Shown here: positions 1-8,727 of the stretch, piece by piece
Layout: every line of letters begins with the position of its first letter
How positions within the stretch are numbered: the stretch's first letter is position 1
The notes under the pieces: generated by a model
Database searches by the model: none
The model's input: only the letters and a program-made list of their open reading frames with translations
What the model was told of the DNA's origin: nothing
Made by a program: the position numbers and the translations under genes
Assembly (NCBI GenBank): GCA_964591795.1
Contig: CAZQEL010000015.1
Coordinates: 1-22,365 of the forward strand
Length of the DNA: 22,365 nucleotides
Direction: 5' to 3'
DNA from: an uncultured archaeon
Lineage (GTDB): Archaea > Iainarchaeota > Iainarchaeia > Iainarchaeales > CSSED10-239

Positions 1-2
1 GC

Positions 3-161
3 AATTATACTCATGATTACTTAGTAAATACTTTTAGTAAGATTGATCAAGGTAAGCTTCCAATTACTAAATTAGAAAAAACCTATAAATTAGTTAGAAA
101 ATATATACAAAAACATGATAGTAATGGTACTATTAACAATATACCTATTTGGGAAAATTAA
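3..161 (+). CDS. 3' end of an unidentified CDS entering from upstream of the window (partial)
   Basis: The frame is open from the window edge to TAA at 159-161 (...NGTINNIPIWEN*). There is no start codon inside the window and no recognisable motif. Confidence 0.3.
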   Translation, partial: NYTHDYLVNTFSKIDQGKLPITKLEKTYKLVRKYIQKHDSNGTINNIPIWEN

Positions 162-172
162 GTTGATTTATT

Positions 173-724
173 ATGGATGAAAAAATATTTAATAAAGGTT
201 ATAAATATAACCTAATAAAAACAAAAAGATTGATTCTTGTAAAACCAGATTTAAAATATAAAGAAGAACTTTATAACCTTTATATAAATACAAAAATTTG
301 GGTTTATAATGGTGGCGGTAATAATAATTATTCGCCCAATAGTGTAATTATAGAAATTAAAAAGAAAAGAAAATTATGGTTACAAAAAAAAATGGTTTCT
401 TTTTTTATAATTTATAAAAATAAATTTGTGGGTACAATTAGTTTAAATAATATTAGCCCTGATTTTAAAAATGCACAAGTTGGATTTATATTACTTCCAG
501 ATTATTGGGATAAAGGACTTATGTCTGAGGCATTGTTTGAGTTTATGAACTTTATTTTTAAAAATACTAATCTTTTTAGAATTTCTGCTGAGGTGTGTAC
601 TAAAAATATTGGTTCAGTTAAGGTTTTAGAAAAAAATAAATTTAAAAGAGAAGGAATTTTAAAAAAGTCAGCTATCTATAATGGGAAAGTATATGATAAG
701 TATCTTTATGCTTCGTTAAAATAA
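173..724 (+). CDS. GNAT-family N-acetyltransferase (RimJ/RimL-like)
   Basis: 183 aa. The C-terminal half (GFILLPDYWDKGLMSEALFEFMNF...RISAEVCTKNIGSVKVLEKNKFKREGILKK) matches the acetyl-CoA binding core and the typical 'N..S..v.ek.GF..EG' tail of RimJ/RimL-type GNATs. Confidence 0.75.
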   Translation: MDEKIFNKGYKYNLIKTKRLILVKPDLKYKEELYNLYINTKIWVYNGGGNNNYSPNSVIIEIKKKRKLWLQKKMVSFFIIYKNKFVGTISLNNISPDFKNAQVGFILLPDYWDKGLMSEALFEFMNFIFKNTNLFRISAEVCTKNIGSVKVLEKNKFKREGILKKSAIYNGKVYDKYLYASLK

Positions 725-774
725 AAATTATTTTAACTTTTTAATAGAAAGGATAAATCCTAAAAAATATTGTT

Positions 775-1251
775 TTAAAAATATTCTTTAAACTCTTCAA
801 AAATTTTTCTTGCAGTTTCTTTTAAAGTATCTGTTGTAAAATAATTGTTAACTTCTTCTTTTTTAATCCATTTATAACCAGAGATCTCTTCTTCCTGTAT
901 TTTAATTTCTTGATTTGGAGGGCTTATCTTTGCAAGAAAAATTTCTCCTGTAGATCCTCTAAATTTTAAATTTCTTTCAATTATTCTTTCTTTTTCATGT
1001 TCCCATCTATATTCTATTTTAGATTTTGCAATTATTTCTATATCTAGGTTAAGTTCTTCTTTAATTTCTCTAAGTATTGCTTTATCTGAAGGTTCATTTT
1101 CTTCAACACCTCCTGCTGGAGTTTTACAAAATCTGTTTGCAAATGAAGAAAAAACAACAATAAATTCTTTGTTTTCATTTACTATATATGCTGTTACTTC
1201 TTTTCTAAAAGGTAATTTTTCTATATCCATAAATAATTTAATATTAACCAC
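775..1251 (-). CDS. NUDIX hydrolase
   Basis: Near-canonical Nudix box GGVEENEPSDKAILREIKEELNL (Gx5Ex7REUxEExGU, with N at the last G). The listed start is GTG; an alternative ATG (MDIEK...) lies at 1228-1230. Confidence 0.8.
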   Translation of the reverse strand: MVNIKLFMDIEKLPFRKEVTAYIVNENKEFIVVFSSFANRFCKTPAGGVEENEPSDKAILREIKEELNLDIEIIAKSKIEYRWEHEKERIIERNLKFRGSTGEIFLAKISPPNQEIKIQEEEISGYKWIKKEEVNNYFTTDTLKETARKIFEEFKEYF

Positions 1252-1293
1252 TATTTTTAAACATAACTTTAAGTGTAATTATATATAAACTCT

Positions 1294-1298
1294 GTGAT
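1294..1298 (+). promoter_or_regulatory. Shine-Dalgarno-like GTGAT, 3 nt upstream of the ATG at 1302
   Basis: GTGAT is complementary to the conserved archaeal 16S 3' tail (...GAUCACCUCC). The same pentamer recurs before other starts at 5263-5267 and 11376-11380. Confidence 0.4.
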
Positions 1299-1301
1299 AT
1301 T

Positions 1302-2144
1302 ATGATTAAAATAAAAATAATTGGCTCTGGTGGTTGGGATGGAATTCCTTCTCCTTTTTGTAACTGTAAAGTATGTACAAATGCAATGATAAACAAAGAT
1401 TCAAAAGATTATAGAACAAGACCAGAAATTCTAGTCCAAACAGATGAAGGTAAATTTTTAATTGAAATAAGTCCAGATATTAGATTACAATCAGTAAAAA
1501 ATAATTTAATAGATATTCAAGATTTTTTAATAAGTCATTGGCATTTTGATCATATGTATGGATTATTAGAACTTCATGCATGGGTAGAATTTATAATGCT
1601 AAATGAAATAAATCTATATTGTTCTCAAAAAACTAAAGAATGGTTAGATATTAACTTTGGACATATTCCTAAAAATATAATTACTGTTGATTCTTTTAAA
1701 AAATTTAAACTAAAAGGAATAGATGTTACTACATTACCAGTATATCATATGAAATCACAAGACGATTTATTATCAGAAGATAAACTAAACAATACTTTTG
1801 GTTTTTTATTAGAAAAAGATAATAAAAAAATCATATATTTATCAGATTATTATAATATACAAGAAAAAACATTTAATTTAATTAAAAATGCAGATGTAAT
1901 TATACTTGATGGTACTTATTTGTTTGAAGAACAATTTCCAGATAAAGCTTTACAAAATGGGCTCAAGTCAGATCCTGATCATTTACATGGAACTAAAATT
2001 ATTGAATTTGCAAGTTCTTTAAATGCAAAGAGAGTAATTTTCCATAGTGTTACACATTTGACTGAAAAAACACATCAAGAACTACAAAAATTGCTTCCTG
2101 AAAATATGGAAATTAGTTTTGATGGTATGGAAATTGAATTTTAA
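1302..2144 (+). CDS. MBL-fold metallo-hydrolase (PhnP-like)
   Basis: HWHFDHMYG is the HxHxDH metallo-beta-lactamase motif. An N-terminal GSGGWDGIPSPFCNCKVC Cys cluster resembles PhnP-type phosphodiesterases. Later D and H ligands are present (LSDYY, ILDGTY, FHSVTH). Confidence 0.75.
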   Translation: MIKIKIIGSGGWDGIPSPFCNCKVCTNAMINKDSKDYRTRPEILVQTDEGKFLIEISPDIRLQSVKNNLIDIQDFLISHWHFDHMYGLLELHAWVEFIMLNEINLYCSQKTKEWLDINFGHIPKNIITVDSFKKFKLKGIDVTTLPVYHMKSQDDLLSEDKLNNTFGFLLEKDNKKIIYLSDYYNIQEKTFNLIKNADVIILDGTYLFEEQFPDKALQNGLKSDPDHLHGTKIIEFASSLNAKRVIFHSVTHLTEKTHQELQKLLPENMEISFDGMEIEF

Positions 2145-2194
2145 ATTAGCTTATTTTAGTTACATTTAAAATACTTACTATCTTTTAAATAATT

Positions 2195-2512
2195 ATGGGA
2201 TTAAAACCTAAAAAAAATATAACCTCATTCATTGAAGCTAAAAAAAAATTAGAGGCTAAGAAAAAATTAGAAGCTAAGAAAAGCCTAGAATATAGTAAAA
2301 GCTCCAAGGTTAAGGATTCACAAAACCTAAAATTTAAAAAATTAAATAAAAAAAATAAATATATAGTTAAAAAAAAAATAGTTTCTAAAATGCTTACTGA
2401 TAAAAAAGCAAATGATTTATTTATGAATGTATTTTCTATGTTATCAAAAAGTAATATAGAAGTTCATTATAATGATGGTAAAATTGTTTATAAAAATAAA
2501 AGTGATAAATAA
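2195..2512 (+). CDS. hypothetical Lys-rich protein with an EAKKKL x3 repeat
   Basis: 105-aa ORF with a TAA stop that overlaps the next start (ATAATG). No known domain. The C-terminus IEVHYNDGKIVY echoes a motif in the downstream ORF. Confidence 0.45.
   Translation: MGLKPKKNITSFIEAKKKLEAKKKLEAKKSLEYSKSSKVKDSQNLKFKKLNKKNKYIVKKKIVSKMLTDKKANDLFMNVFSMLSKSNIEVHYNDGKIVYKNKSDK
2234..2287 (+). repeat. 3 x 18-nt imperfect tandem repeat inside a CDS (encodes EAKKKL EAKKKL EAKKSL)
   Basis: Units are gaagctaaaaaaaaatta / gaggctaagaaaaaatta / gaagctaagaaaagccta, read directly from the sequence. Confidence 0.85.
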
Positions 2513-3138
2513 TGTCTCGCCATCTACTTATAAATAAAAAAACTAAATTACCTAAAGTTGAAAAAGGTGCTAAACTTTCAGGTGGAGCTAGAGTTCATGC
2601 ACATGATGTCGATCATAATGTGCATCATGGTACTCCTCACATTCATCTAAACGATGGAACTGTTCTAAATGTTTTTTCAGGGGTAATTTATCGTAAAAAA
2701 GTAGTTGTAGGTAAAATGAAGTCAAAAGAACTTTTAAAAATAAGAACTGCAATTATGGAAAATATGATTTCTGTTGCTGAAGGTAAATATAATTTAGATG
2801 GTAAAACTACTTATGTGCATTCAGATACACGTGACCCTTTACCAACAAAAGTACATGTTCATACTGATAGTTTAACTTTTTCTGCAGATAAAAAAGTATA
2901 TAATGTAGGTACACAAAATATAGAACTAAACAAAGTACATGCTAAATTAGATGTTGTACCTAACTCTTTTTATAATAACTTTTCAGAGTACTATAAAAAG
3001 CATCTAACTGTAGATTCAATTCAATCTTCACTTCTTAATAAATTAAATATTTTAGTTAAATCAACAAATATTTGTAGAGAGTATTTCAAGGATAGTCATG
3101 GGGTTGATTTTGAATCTCATAATTTAGATGCTTTTTAA
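2512..3138 (+). CDS. hypothetical His-rich protein with a possible DUF4160-like 'PHxH' core
   Basis: 208 aa. RVHAHDVDHNVHHGTPHIHLNDGTVLNV is followed by YVHSDT, KVHVHTDSLTF and KVHAKLD. The PHIH...G...K..L segment resembles the PHFH core of DUF4160 proteins. This comparison is from memory and was not searched. Confidence 0.5.
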   Translation: MSRHLLINKKTKLPKVEKGAKLSGGARVHAHDVDHNVHHGTPHIHLNDGTVLNVFSGVIYRKKVVVGKMKSKELLKIRTAIMENMISVAEGKYNLDGKTTYVHSDTRDPLPTKVHVHTDSLTFSADKKVYNVGTQNIELNKVHAKLDVVPNSFYNNFSEYYKKHLTVDSIQSSLLNKLNILVKSTNICREYFKDSHGVDFESHNLDAF

Positions 3139-3337
3139 TTTAATTAATTTTGAGATTTAAAAGTCAGAACTAGATATCTATAATGGAAAAGTACATTATG
3201 ATCATATATATGCTTTAGTAAAATAAAATTTAATTATAATAAACTATTTTGCATTTTTGTTTAAATATATATATTTAAAAATAGTTGTATCTTCCATATA
3301 TTTTATTAACTTTTAGATAATTATTTTGTGGATATTT

Positions 3338-3811
3338 ATGGTAGATAATAGGATATTACTTTATAAAATTATTACTTCTATAATTTTATTTGCGTTATTT
3401 TTGTGGACACTACTTTTTACTTTAATTTTAAATGATAAATATGTGTATTTATCTCTTTTGTTGCCTTTGGTTATAGGGTTTATTGTTGTTTTTTTACTTA
3501 AATTATTTTTAACTAAAACCACTTTTAAACTTTTTTTTAACAGCATCAAAATAGTTTTTATAGGTTATTTATTATTTTCAGTAATAACTATACTTACATA
3601 CTTTATTATTAAATTAAATAATTTGATTTTAAATATTATATATTCAAACTTACTTTTTTTAATTGGAATTTATATCGTTTGGAAATTTTTTGGTAGAGAT
3701 TTCACTCCTAACGAAGTAAATTATTTTAATGATTTTGAATCAAATCCTCCAGAACAAACAGATCCTATAATTGCAAATTATTTTGTTACAACTAATTTTT
3801 CAGAAGATTAG
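3338..3811 (+). CDS. multi-TM membrane protein; N-terminal part of a DUF2207-like gene, ending at an in-frame TAG
   Basis: About 4 hydrophobic helices are followed by GRDFTPNEVNYF. ATG at 3338 is preferred over the listed TTG at 3326 and is preceded by GTGGAT. The TAG at 3809-3811 is followed by open frame into the next ORF. Confidence 0.55.
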   Translation: MVDNRILLYKIITSIILFALFLWTLLFTLILNDKYVYLSLLLPLVIGFIVVFLLKLFLTKTTFKLFFNSIKIVFIGYLLFSVITILTYFIIKLNNLILNIIYSNLLFLIGIYIVWKFFGRDFTPNEVNYFNDFESNPPEQTDPIIANYFVTTNFSED

Positions 3812-3856
3812 TTTTCGTCTGCTATTATTTATTTAGTATGGAAAAAAGTATATATT

Positions 3857-4462
3857 TTGACTAAAAAATCATCCGATTTTATTTTAAAAATTAATACTAA
3901 AAATGTTTTAAAAGAACCTTTACCTTTTTATGTTGAAAAAACATTTGATTTTTTAAAAAAACAATATAATACAAATGAAATTAGTTTTAAAGATTTAAAA
4001 CAAAAGATTTGTGATTTTAAGAAAACATCTGATTTCTCTGTTAGTTATTATACTTTAAGTTTTGATTTGAACAACTATTATGATAATTATTTATCTAAAC
4101 AGAATTATTTTTCTTACAAAGGAATTTATATTTATTTTTTCTACATGTTTTTTAGTTATTATATTTTTTTTATATTTGCAAACGAAACTAGTTATTGGTA
4201 TCTATTAGTACCTTTACTAATTGGTTTTTTATCTGTACTATATTCAACTAAATTAATTCTATTATTTGGTAGATTTACAAAAAAAGGGGCTATCTTACAT
4301 TATAAATGGGTAAATTATAAAAAATATTTAGCTACTTATTCAAATATGCATGAAAAAGGAATTTTAGAAGTAAATTTATGGGATTATCATCTTATTTATG
4401 CATCAGTATTTAATCTTGCAAATAAAATAAAGAGTAAATTTAATAATTTTTTTGTAAAATAA
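3857..4462 (+). CDS. DUF2207-like membrane protein, C-terminal part
   Basis: Same frame as 3338..3811. It has only a TTG start and no nearby ATG. The C-terminal GRFTKKGAILHYKWVNYKKYLATYS...LWDYHLIYASVFNLANKI resembles the DUF2207 signature (rT..G...W.gF+.yL ... lWe.yLvYA.aLG). Confidence 0.55.
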   Translation: MTKKSSDFILKINTKNVLKEPLPFYVEKTFDFLKKQYNTNEISFKDLKQKICDFKKTSDFSVSYYTLSFDLNNYYDNYLSKQNYFSYKGIYIYFFYMFFSYYIFFIFANETSYWYLLVPLLIGFLSVLYSTKLILLFGRFTKKGAILHYKWVNYKKYLATYSNMHEKGILEVNLWDYHLIYASVFNLANKIKSKFNNFFVK

Positions 4463-4556
4463 AATTTTTTAATCCTTTTGTAAATATATTAATATTTATT
4501 GAATACATAAGTATTTAATTATCATTGTGTTAAGTAATATTAATTAAGGAAAAATT

Positions 4557-5195
4557 ATGCTTAAAGATTTAAAAAATAATTTGATTTTTAAAAAATATCT
4601 TAAAAAACCTAATTTTATTAGTGATAGTTTTATTTTAAAATCAAAAAATCTACTTTTAAAAGATAAACTTGATGATTTTTTAGTTAATGTTGCTAAATTA
4701 ATGAAAAGTAAAAAACTTAATTCTAATGAAATTTTTCATTTTTATAGTTATTTATTAAATTCATTTGAAAAAGATAATAAAACTAATGATTTTCTAAAGA
4801 AGTATGTTTATTCTAGATTATCGTCTAAAATGTATTTTATTTATACTAATTTAATTGATATTGAAATATATCAATTTTTATTAAAAAGTGATACTAATTT
4901 TAAAAAAATTAAAGATAAAGATGTGCTTTTTGTAAAAGTAAGTAAAGATTATATTAATTTATTAGATTTAATTAATAAATTAGATGTTAATAAAATTAAA
5001 ACTATAAAATCAAAAGTTATAACTGTTAAAAATTATCTTAGACATTTAATTAAAAGTAAACAATTAAATAAAAAAATTGCAAACTATATTTTAGATATTA
5101 TCTATTGGGAATTATCTTATGATTTTGAATTAGATTATAAGGATTCGTCTATTAAAATGAATGATTTTCTTAAACCAAGTGATTTTAAAATTTAA
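4557..5195 (+). CDS. hypothetical protein
   Basis: 212-aa ORF with AAGGA 6 nt upstream of the ATG. It is Lys/Asn/Leu-rich and has no motif I recognise. Confidence 0.45.
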   Translation: MLKDLKNNLIFKKYLKKPNFISDSFILKSKNLLLKDKLDDFLVNVAKLMKSKKLNSNEIFHFYSYLLNSFEKDNKTNDFLKKYVYSRLSSKMYFIYTNLIDIEIYQFLLKSDTNFKKIKDKDVLFVKVSKDYINLLDLINKLDVNKIKTIKSKVITVKNYLRHLIKSKQLNKKIANYILDIIYWELSYDFELDYKDSSIKMNDFLKPSDFKI

Positions 5196-5262
5196 TACTT
5201 TTTCTCGGTCAATTACCCTCTCTTTAGAAATATATATATAAATTGAAGTTGCTAATATATAT

Positions 5263-5267
5263 GTGAT
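5263..5267 (+). promoter_or_regulatory. Shine-Dalgarno-like GTGAT, 5 nt upstream of the dinD-like ATG
   Basis: The sequence reads atGTGATatattATG. An AT-rich TATA-like run (tatatatataaa, 5231-5242) lies further upstream. Confidence 0.4.
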
Positions 5268-5272
5268 ATATT

Positions 5273-6109
5273 ATGCAAAAACAGATAATTTCTAAATTAA
5301 CTAAGACTTTTGAAGAACATGCTTATATTAAAGATGGGATTGAATTTTGGCTTGCAAGAGAATTACAAGTTCTTTTAGGGTATATTGAATGGAGAAAGTT
5401 TTTAGGGGTTATAAATAAAGCTAAAATTGCTTGTGAAAAATCAGGATTAGATATTAATGACCATTTTGTCGACACCGCCAAAAAGGTAGAAATTGGGTCT
5501 GAAGCTAAAAGAGACATAGAAGATATATTACTTACAAGATATGCTTGTTACTTAATAGCTCAAAATGGAGATTCCAGAAAAGAAGAAATTGCATTTGCAC
5601 AAAGTTATTTTGCAATTCAAACTAGAAAACAAGAACTTATAGAAGAAAGAATAAAATTAAAAGAAAGAATTGACGCTAGAGAAAAATTAAGTAAATCAGA
5701 AACTGAATTATCTAAATTAATATATGAACGAGGGGTCGATCAAAAAGGATTTTCTAGAATAAGAAGTAAAGGTGATGAAGCTTTATTTGGTGGAAGTACA
5801 ACCTTTGAAATAAAAAGAAAATTAAATATTTCTAAAAATAGACCTTTAGCTGATTTTCTACCAACAGTTACAATTGCTGCAAAAAATCTTGCAACTGAAA
5901 TGACTAATTTTAATGTTAAAAAAGAAAATTTAAATGGTGAACCTAAAATTACTGATGAACATATAAAAAACAATTCAGAAGTTAGGGGGGTTTTAGTTAA
6001 GAATAAAATTTACCCTGAAAAGTTACCTCCTGAGGAAGATATTAAAAAATTAAATAGAAAATTGAATGTTTCTAAAAAATTAAAAAATGGTTCTAAAAGT
6101 ATTAAATAA
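5273..6109 (+). CDS. dinD: DNA damage-inducible protein D (DinD family)
   Basis: GIEFWLARELQVLLGY..W..F, VEIGSEAKRDIEDILLTRYACYLIAQNGDSRKEEIAFAQSYFAIQTRKQELIEE and the length (278 aa) match my recollection of the E. coli DinD family. Confidence 0.75.
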   Translation: MQKQIISKLTKTFEEHAYIKDGIEFWLARELQVLLGYIEWRKFLGVINKAKIACEKSGLDINDHFVDTAKKVEIGSEAKRDIEDILLTRYACYLIAQNGDSRKEEIAFAQSYFAIQTRKQELIEERIKLKERIDAREKLSKSETELSKLIYERGVDQKGFSRIRSKGDEALFGGSTTFEIKRKLNISKNRPLADFLPTVTIAAKNLATEMTNFNVKKENLNGEPKITDEHIKNNSEVRGVLVKNKIYPEKLPPEEDIKKLNRKLNVSKKLKNGSKSIK

Positions 6110-6115
6110 AAAAAT

Positions 6116-8044
6116 ATGAATAAATTTAAAGTAGTATCAAAGTTTTCTCCAGCAGGAGATCAACCTAAAGCAATTAAAGAGCTATCAGACGGTTTAGCTA
6201 AAAAAAATAAACTTCAAACACTCTTAGGTATAACAGCTTCGGGAAAAACATATGTTGTAAGTAAAATAATCGAAAATCATCAAAAACCAACTCTTGTTCT
6301 TGCACATAACAAAACATTAGCTGCTCAATTATATAGAGAGCTTAAGGAATTCTTTCCAAATAACAAAGTTGAATACTTTGTTTCATATTATGATTATTAT
6401 CAACCAGAAAGTTATGTTCCTCAAAGAGATCTTTATATTGAAAAAAACACAAAAATTAATGAAAAGATAGAAGAGCTAAGGCTTTCAGCAACAGCATCAA
6501 TTGCCTCAAGAGAAGACACTATTGTTGTTGCTTCTGTTTCATGTATTTATTCTTTAGGAAATCCAGAAAAATTCAAAGAAATGGGTTTTGAATTGTTTGT
6601 TGGACAAAAAATTACAAGACAAGAACTTTTAGAAAAATTAGTTAACATCCAATATCAAAGAAACGATATTGAACTCTCTCAAGGTAGATTTAGAGTTAAA
6701 GGATATGTTATTGATTTAATCTTAGGGTATGCTCAAAGTGTAATTAGAATAGAACTTTTTGGAAGCAGTATTGAAAGCATAACTGAAATAGATAAAATAA
6801 CAACAGAAGTTATTTCAAAAACAAAAGAAATATTTATTTTTCCTGCAAAACACTTTGTAATTGATGAAGAATCAAAACTTAAGGCATTAGAATCTATTGA
6901 AAAAGAACTAAATGACGTTTTACCTACAATGGATGTGCTTGAAGCACAAAGACTTAAGCAAAGAACAATGTATGACTTGGAAATGATAAGGGAAGCTGGT
7001 TATTGCTCAGGTATTGAAAACTATTCAAGGCATTTTGATGGTCGTAAGGCAGGAGAAAGAGCATACACTCTAATTGATTATTTCCCAAAGGACTTTTTGC
7101 TTGTTATTGATGAAAGTCACCAAACAATACCTCAACTAAACGCAATGTATAAGGGTGATTTTTCAAGAAAGAAAAATTTAATAGATTATGGTTTCCGTCT
7201 TCCTTCAGCATATGACAATAGACCTTTAAAATTTAAAGAGTTTGAAAAAAATTTCATGAACAAAGTAATATTTGTGTCAGCTACTCCTGGTGATTATGAA
7301 AAATCTAAATCTGCACAAATTTCAGAGCTTATTATAAGACCAACTGGCTTAATTGATCCACCTATTGAGATACATAAAGCAGAAGGACAAATTAAACATT
7401 TAATTGAAAATATTAATGAAACTATAAAAAAAGGATTTAGAGTACTTGTAACAACTTTAACAAAAAAACTAGCAGAAGAAATATCAGAGTATTTTGCTGA
7501 ACAAAATATAAAAACTAGATATCTACATTCAGAGATTAATACTCTTGAAAGAACAGAAATAATAAGAGAGCTTCGTTTAGGTAAGTTTGATTGTTTAGTT
7601 GGAATTAATCTTTTGCGTGAAGGACTTGATATTCCAGAGGTTGGTTTAATTGGTATATTAGACGCTGATAAGGAAGGTTTTTTAAGAGACCAAAGAAGCT
7701 TAATCCAGATAATTGGAAGGGCTGCTAGAAACAAAGACTCAAAAGTTATTCTTTATGCAGATAGAATGACAGACTCTATTAAAAAAGCAATTTCTGAAAC
7801 AGATAGAAGAAGAACAATTCAGGTAGCATACAACAAAAAACATAATATTACACCTAAGACCATTATTAAATCTATTCAAGAAAAAGAAACTGAAATTACT
7901 GATCTTAAACATATACCAAAGAAAGATATTAAGAAAATGATAATTGAAATTGAAAAAGAAATGAGAAAAGCATCAGACAATCTTGATTTTGAAAAAGCTA
8001 TTTTGTTACGGGATAAGCTTAATATGCTTAAGACAAAAAGATAA
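6116..8044 (+). CDS. uvrB: excinuclease ABC subunit B
   Basis: N-terminal [14 protein letters not shown]. Walker [14 protein letters not shown] box (VIDESHQT). Helicase motifs VSATPGDYE and [10 protein letters not shown]-terminal UVR domain ([16 protein letters not shown]). 642 aa. Confidence 0.95.
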   Translation: MNKFKVVSKFSPAGDQPKAIKELSDGLAKKNKLQTLLGITASGKTYVVSKIIENHQKPTLVLAHNKTLAAQLYRELKEFFPNNKVEYFVSYYDYYQPESYVPQRDLYIEKNTKINEKIEELRLSATASIASREDTIVVASVSCIYSLGNPEKFKEMGFELFVGQKITRQELLEKLVNIQYQRNDIELSQGRFRVKGYVIDLILGYAQSVIRIELFGSSIESITEIDKITTEVISKTKEIFIFPAKHFVIDEESKLKALESIEKELNDVLPTMDVLEAQRLKQRTMYDLEMIREAGYCSGIENYSRHFDGRKAGERAYTLIDYFPKDFLLVIDESHQTIPQLNAMYKGDFSRKKNLIDYGFRLPSAYDNRPLKFKEFEKNFMNKVIFVSATPGDYEKSKSAQISELIIRPTGLIDPPIEIHKAEGQIKHLIENINETIKKGFRVLVTTLTKKLAEEISEYFAEQNIKTRYLHSEINTLERTEIIRELRLGKFDCLVGINLLREGLDIPEVGLIGILDADKEGFLRDQRSLIQIIGRAARNKDSKVILYADRMTDSIKKAISETDRRRTIQVAYNKKHNITPKTIIKSIQEKETEITDLKHIPKKDIKKMIIEIEKEMRKASDNLDFEKAILLRDKLNMLKTKR

Positions 8045-8046
8045 TT

Positions 8047-8727
8047 TTATTTATCTTTAACAAAATTAAAATCCTTATTAAGTTTATAACCTTCTTCAGG
8101 AGTAAAATAAACTTCAAACTTGTATTTTTCTAAAAGTTTATAAAAATCAATCTTATAATTATCTCTTCTTTTAGTTATTTTTTCTTTATTAAACAACATA
8201 TGTGTGAAAATTCTAGTAAATTGATTCTTAGCACCTCTAAGTGATACCTTTTCCTTTACCATATACTCATTTATCTTCTTTTGAATGTTTTTCATAAATA
8301 CAGGATTTATTTTAATAGTAGTATACCCTAAAACCTTACCTTTTGGATTAACAACTCCAATTACTTCATAACCATGTTTTGTTTTAGGATAGTTAAAAAT
8401 AGAATCAATAAATGTATTTAGATTAGGAATTGCGCTTCCACTACTAACTATTTTATTTGCTTTTGGGTTAAATACTGCTGTGTGAAAGAAAGTTCCCTTT
8501 TCTTTAAGTTTTAGTTTTTTAGTATTTATTTCATTAAAAAGTTTATCATACCTTTCAAAGTTAACTGGTTTATAAGTTTTATTTTTGTCTTTTGTAACAT
8601 TAACTATTCTTTCACCAGGATGTTTATAAAAAGAAGATTCAGTTTTATTTGTTTCTTTTAAAACTTTTTCAAACTTATTTTTTCCAATTTTTGATTTTGG
8701 AATGATTTTTGGTTTTAGTTTAGGCAT
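8047..8727 (-). CDS. hypothetical basic protein; shares an N-terminal motif with 13292..13984
   Basis: 226-aa ORF convergent with uvrB, with a 2-nt spacer. KPKIIPKSKIGKNKF compares with KPKLIRKSSIVKNKI in the ORF at 13292. Confidence 0.5.
   Translation of the reverse strand: MPKLKPKIIPKSKIGKNKFEKVLKETNKTESSFYKHPGERIVNVTKDKNKTYKPVNFERYDKLFNEINTKKLKLKEKGTFFHTAVFNPKANKIVSSGSAIPNLNTFIDSIFNYPKTKHGYEVIGVVNPKGKVLGYTTIKINPVFMKNIQKKINEYMVKEKVSLRGAKNQFTRIFTHMLFNKEKITKRRDNYKIDFYKLLEKYKFEVYFTPEEGYKLNKDFNFVKDK

Noticed and set aside
3361-3549. 62-aa minus-strand ORF
   Set aside because: It is antisense to the membrane-protein ORF and has low-complexity Lys/Asn content. ORFs 11815..12003 and 15396..15590 are rejected for the same reason, as they lie antisense inside the decarboxylase and CPHC-CcdA genes.
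5323-5973. Two minus-strand ORFs (5323..5517 and 5740..5973)
   Set aside because: Both lie antisense inside the DinD-family CDS and are shadow ORFs.
6107-6118. dinD and uvrB are in the same reading frame, separated by TAA plus two codons, which could suggest a fusion or read-through
   Set aside because: Both are complete, independently well-defined proteins of normal length with their own termini. Sharing a frame is a one-in-three coincidence.
7294-7734. 146-aa minus-strand ORF in the supplied track
   Set aside because: It lies entirely antisense within the well-supported uvrB CDS. Its Ser/Ile/Leu-rich composition is typical of a shadow frame, and it has no motifs.
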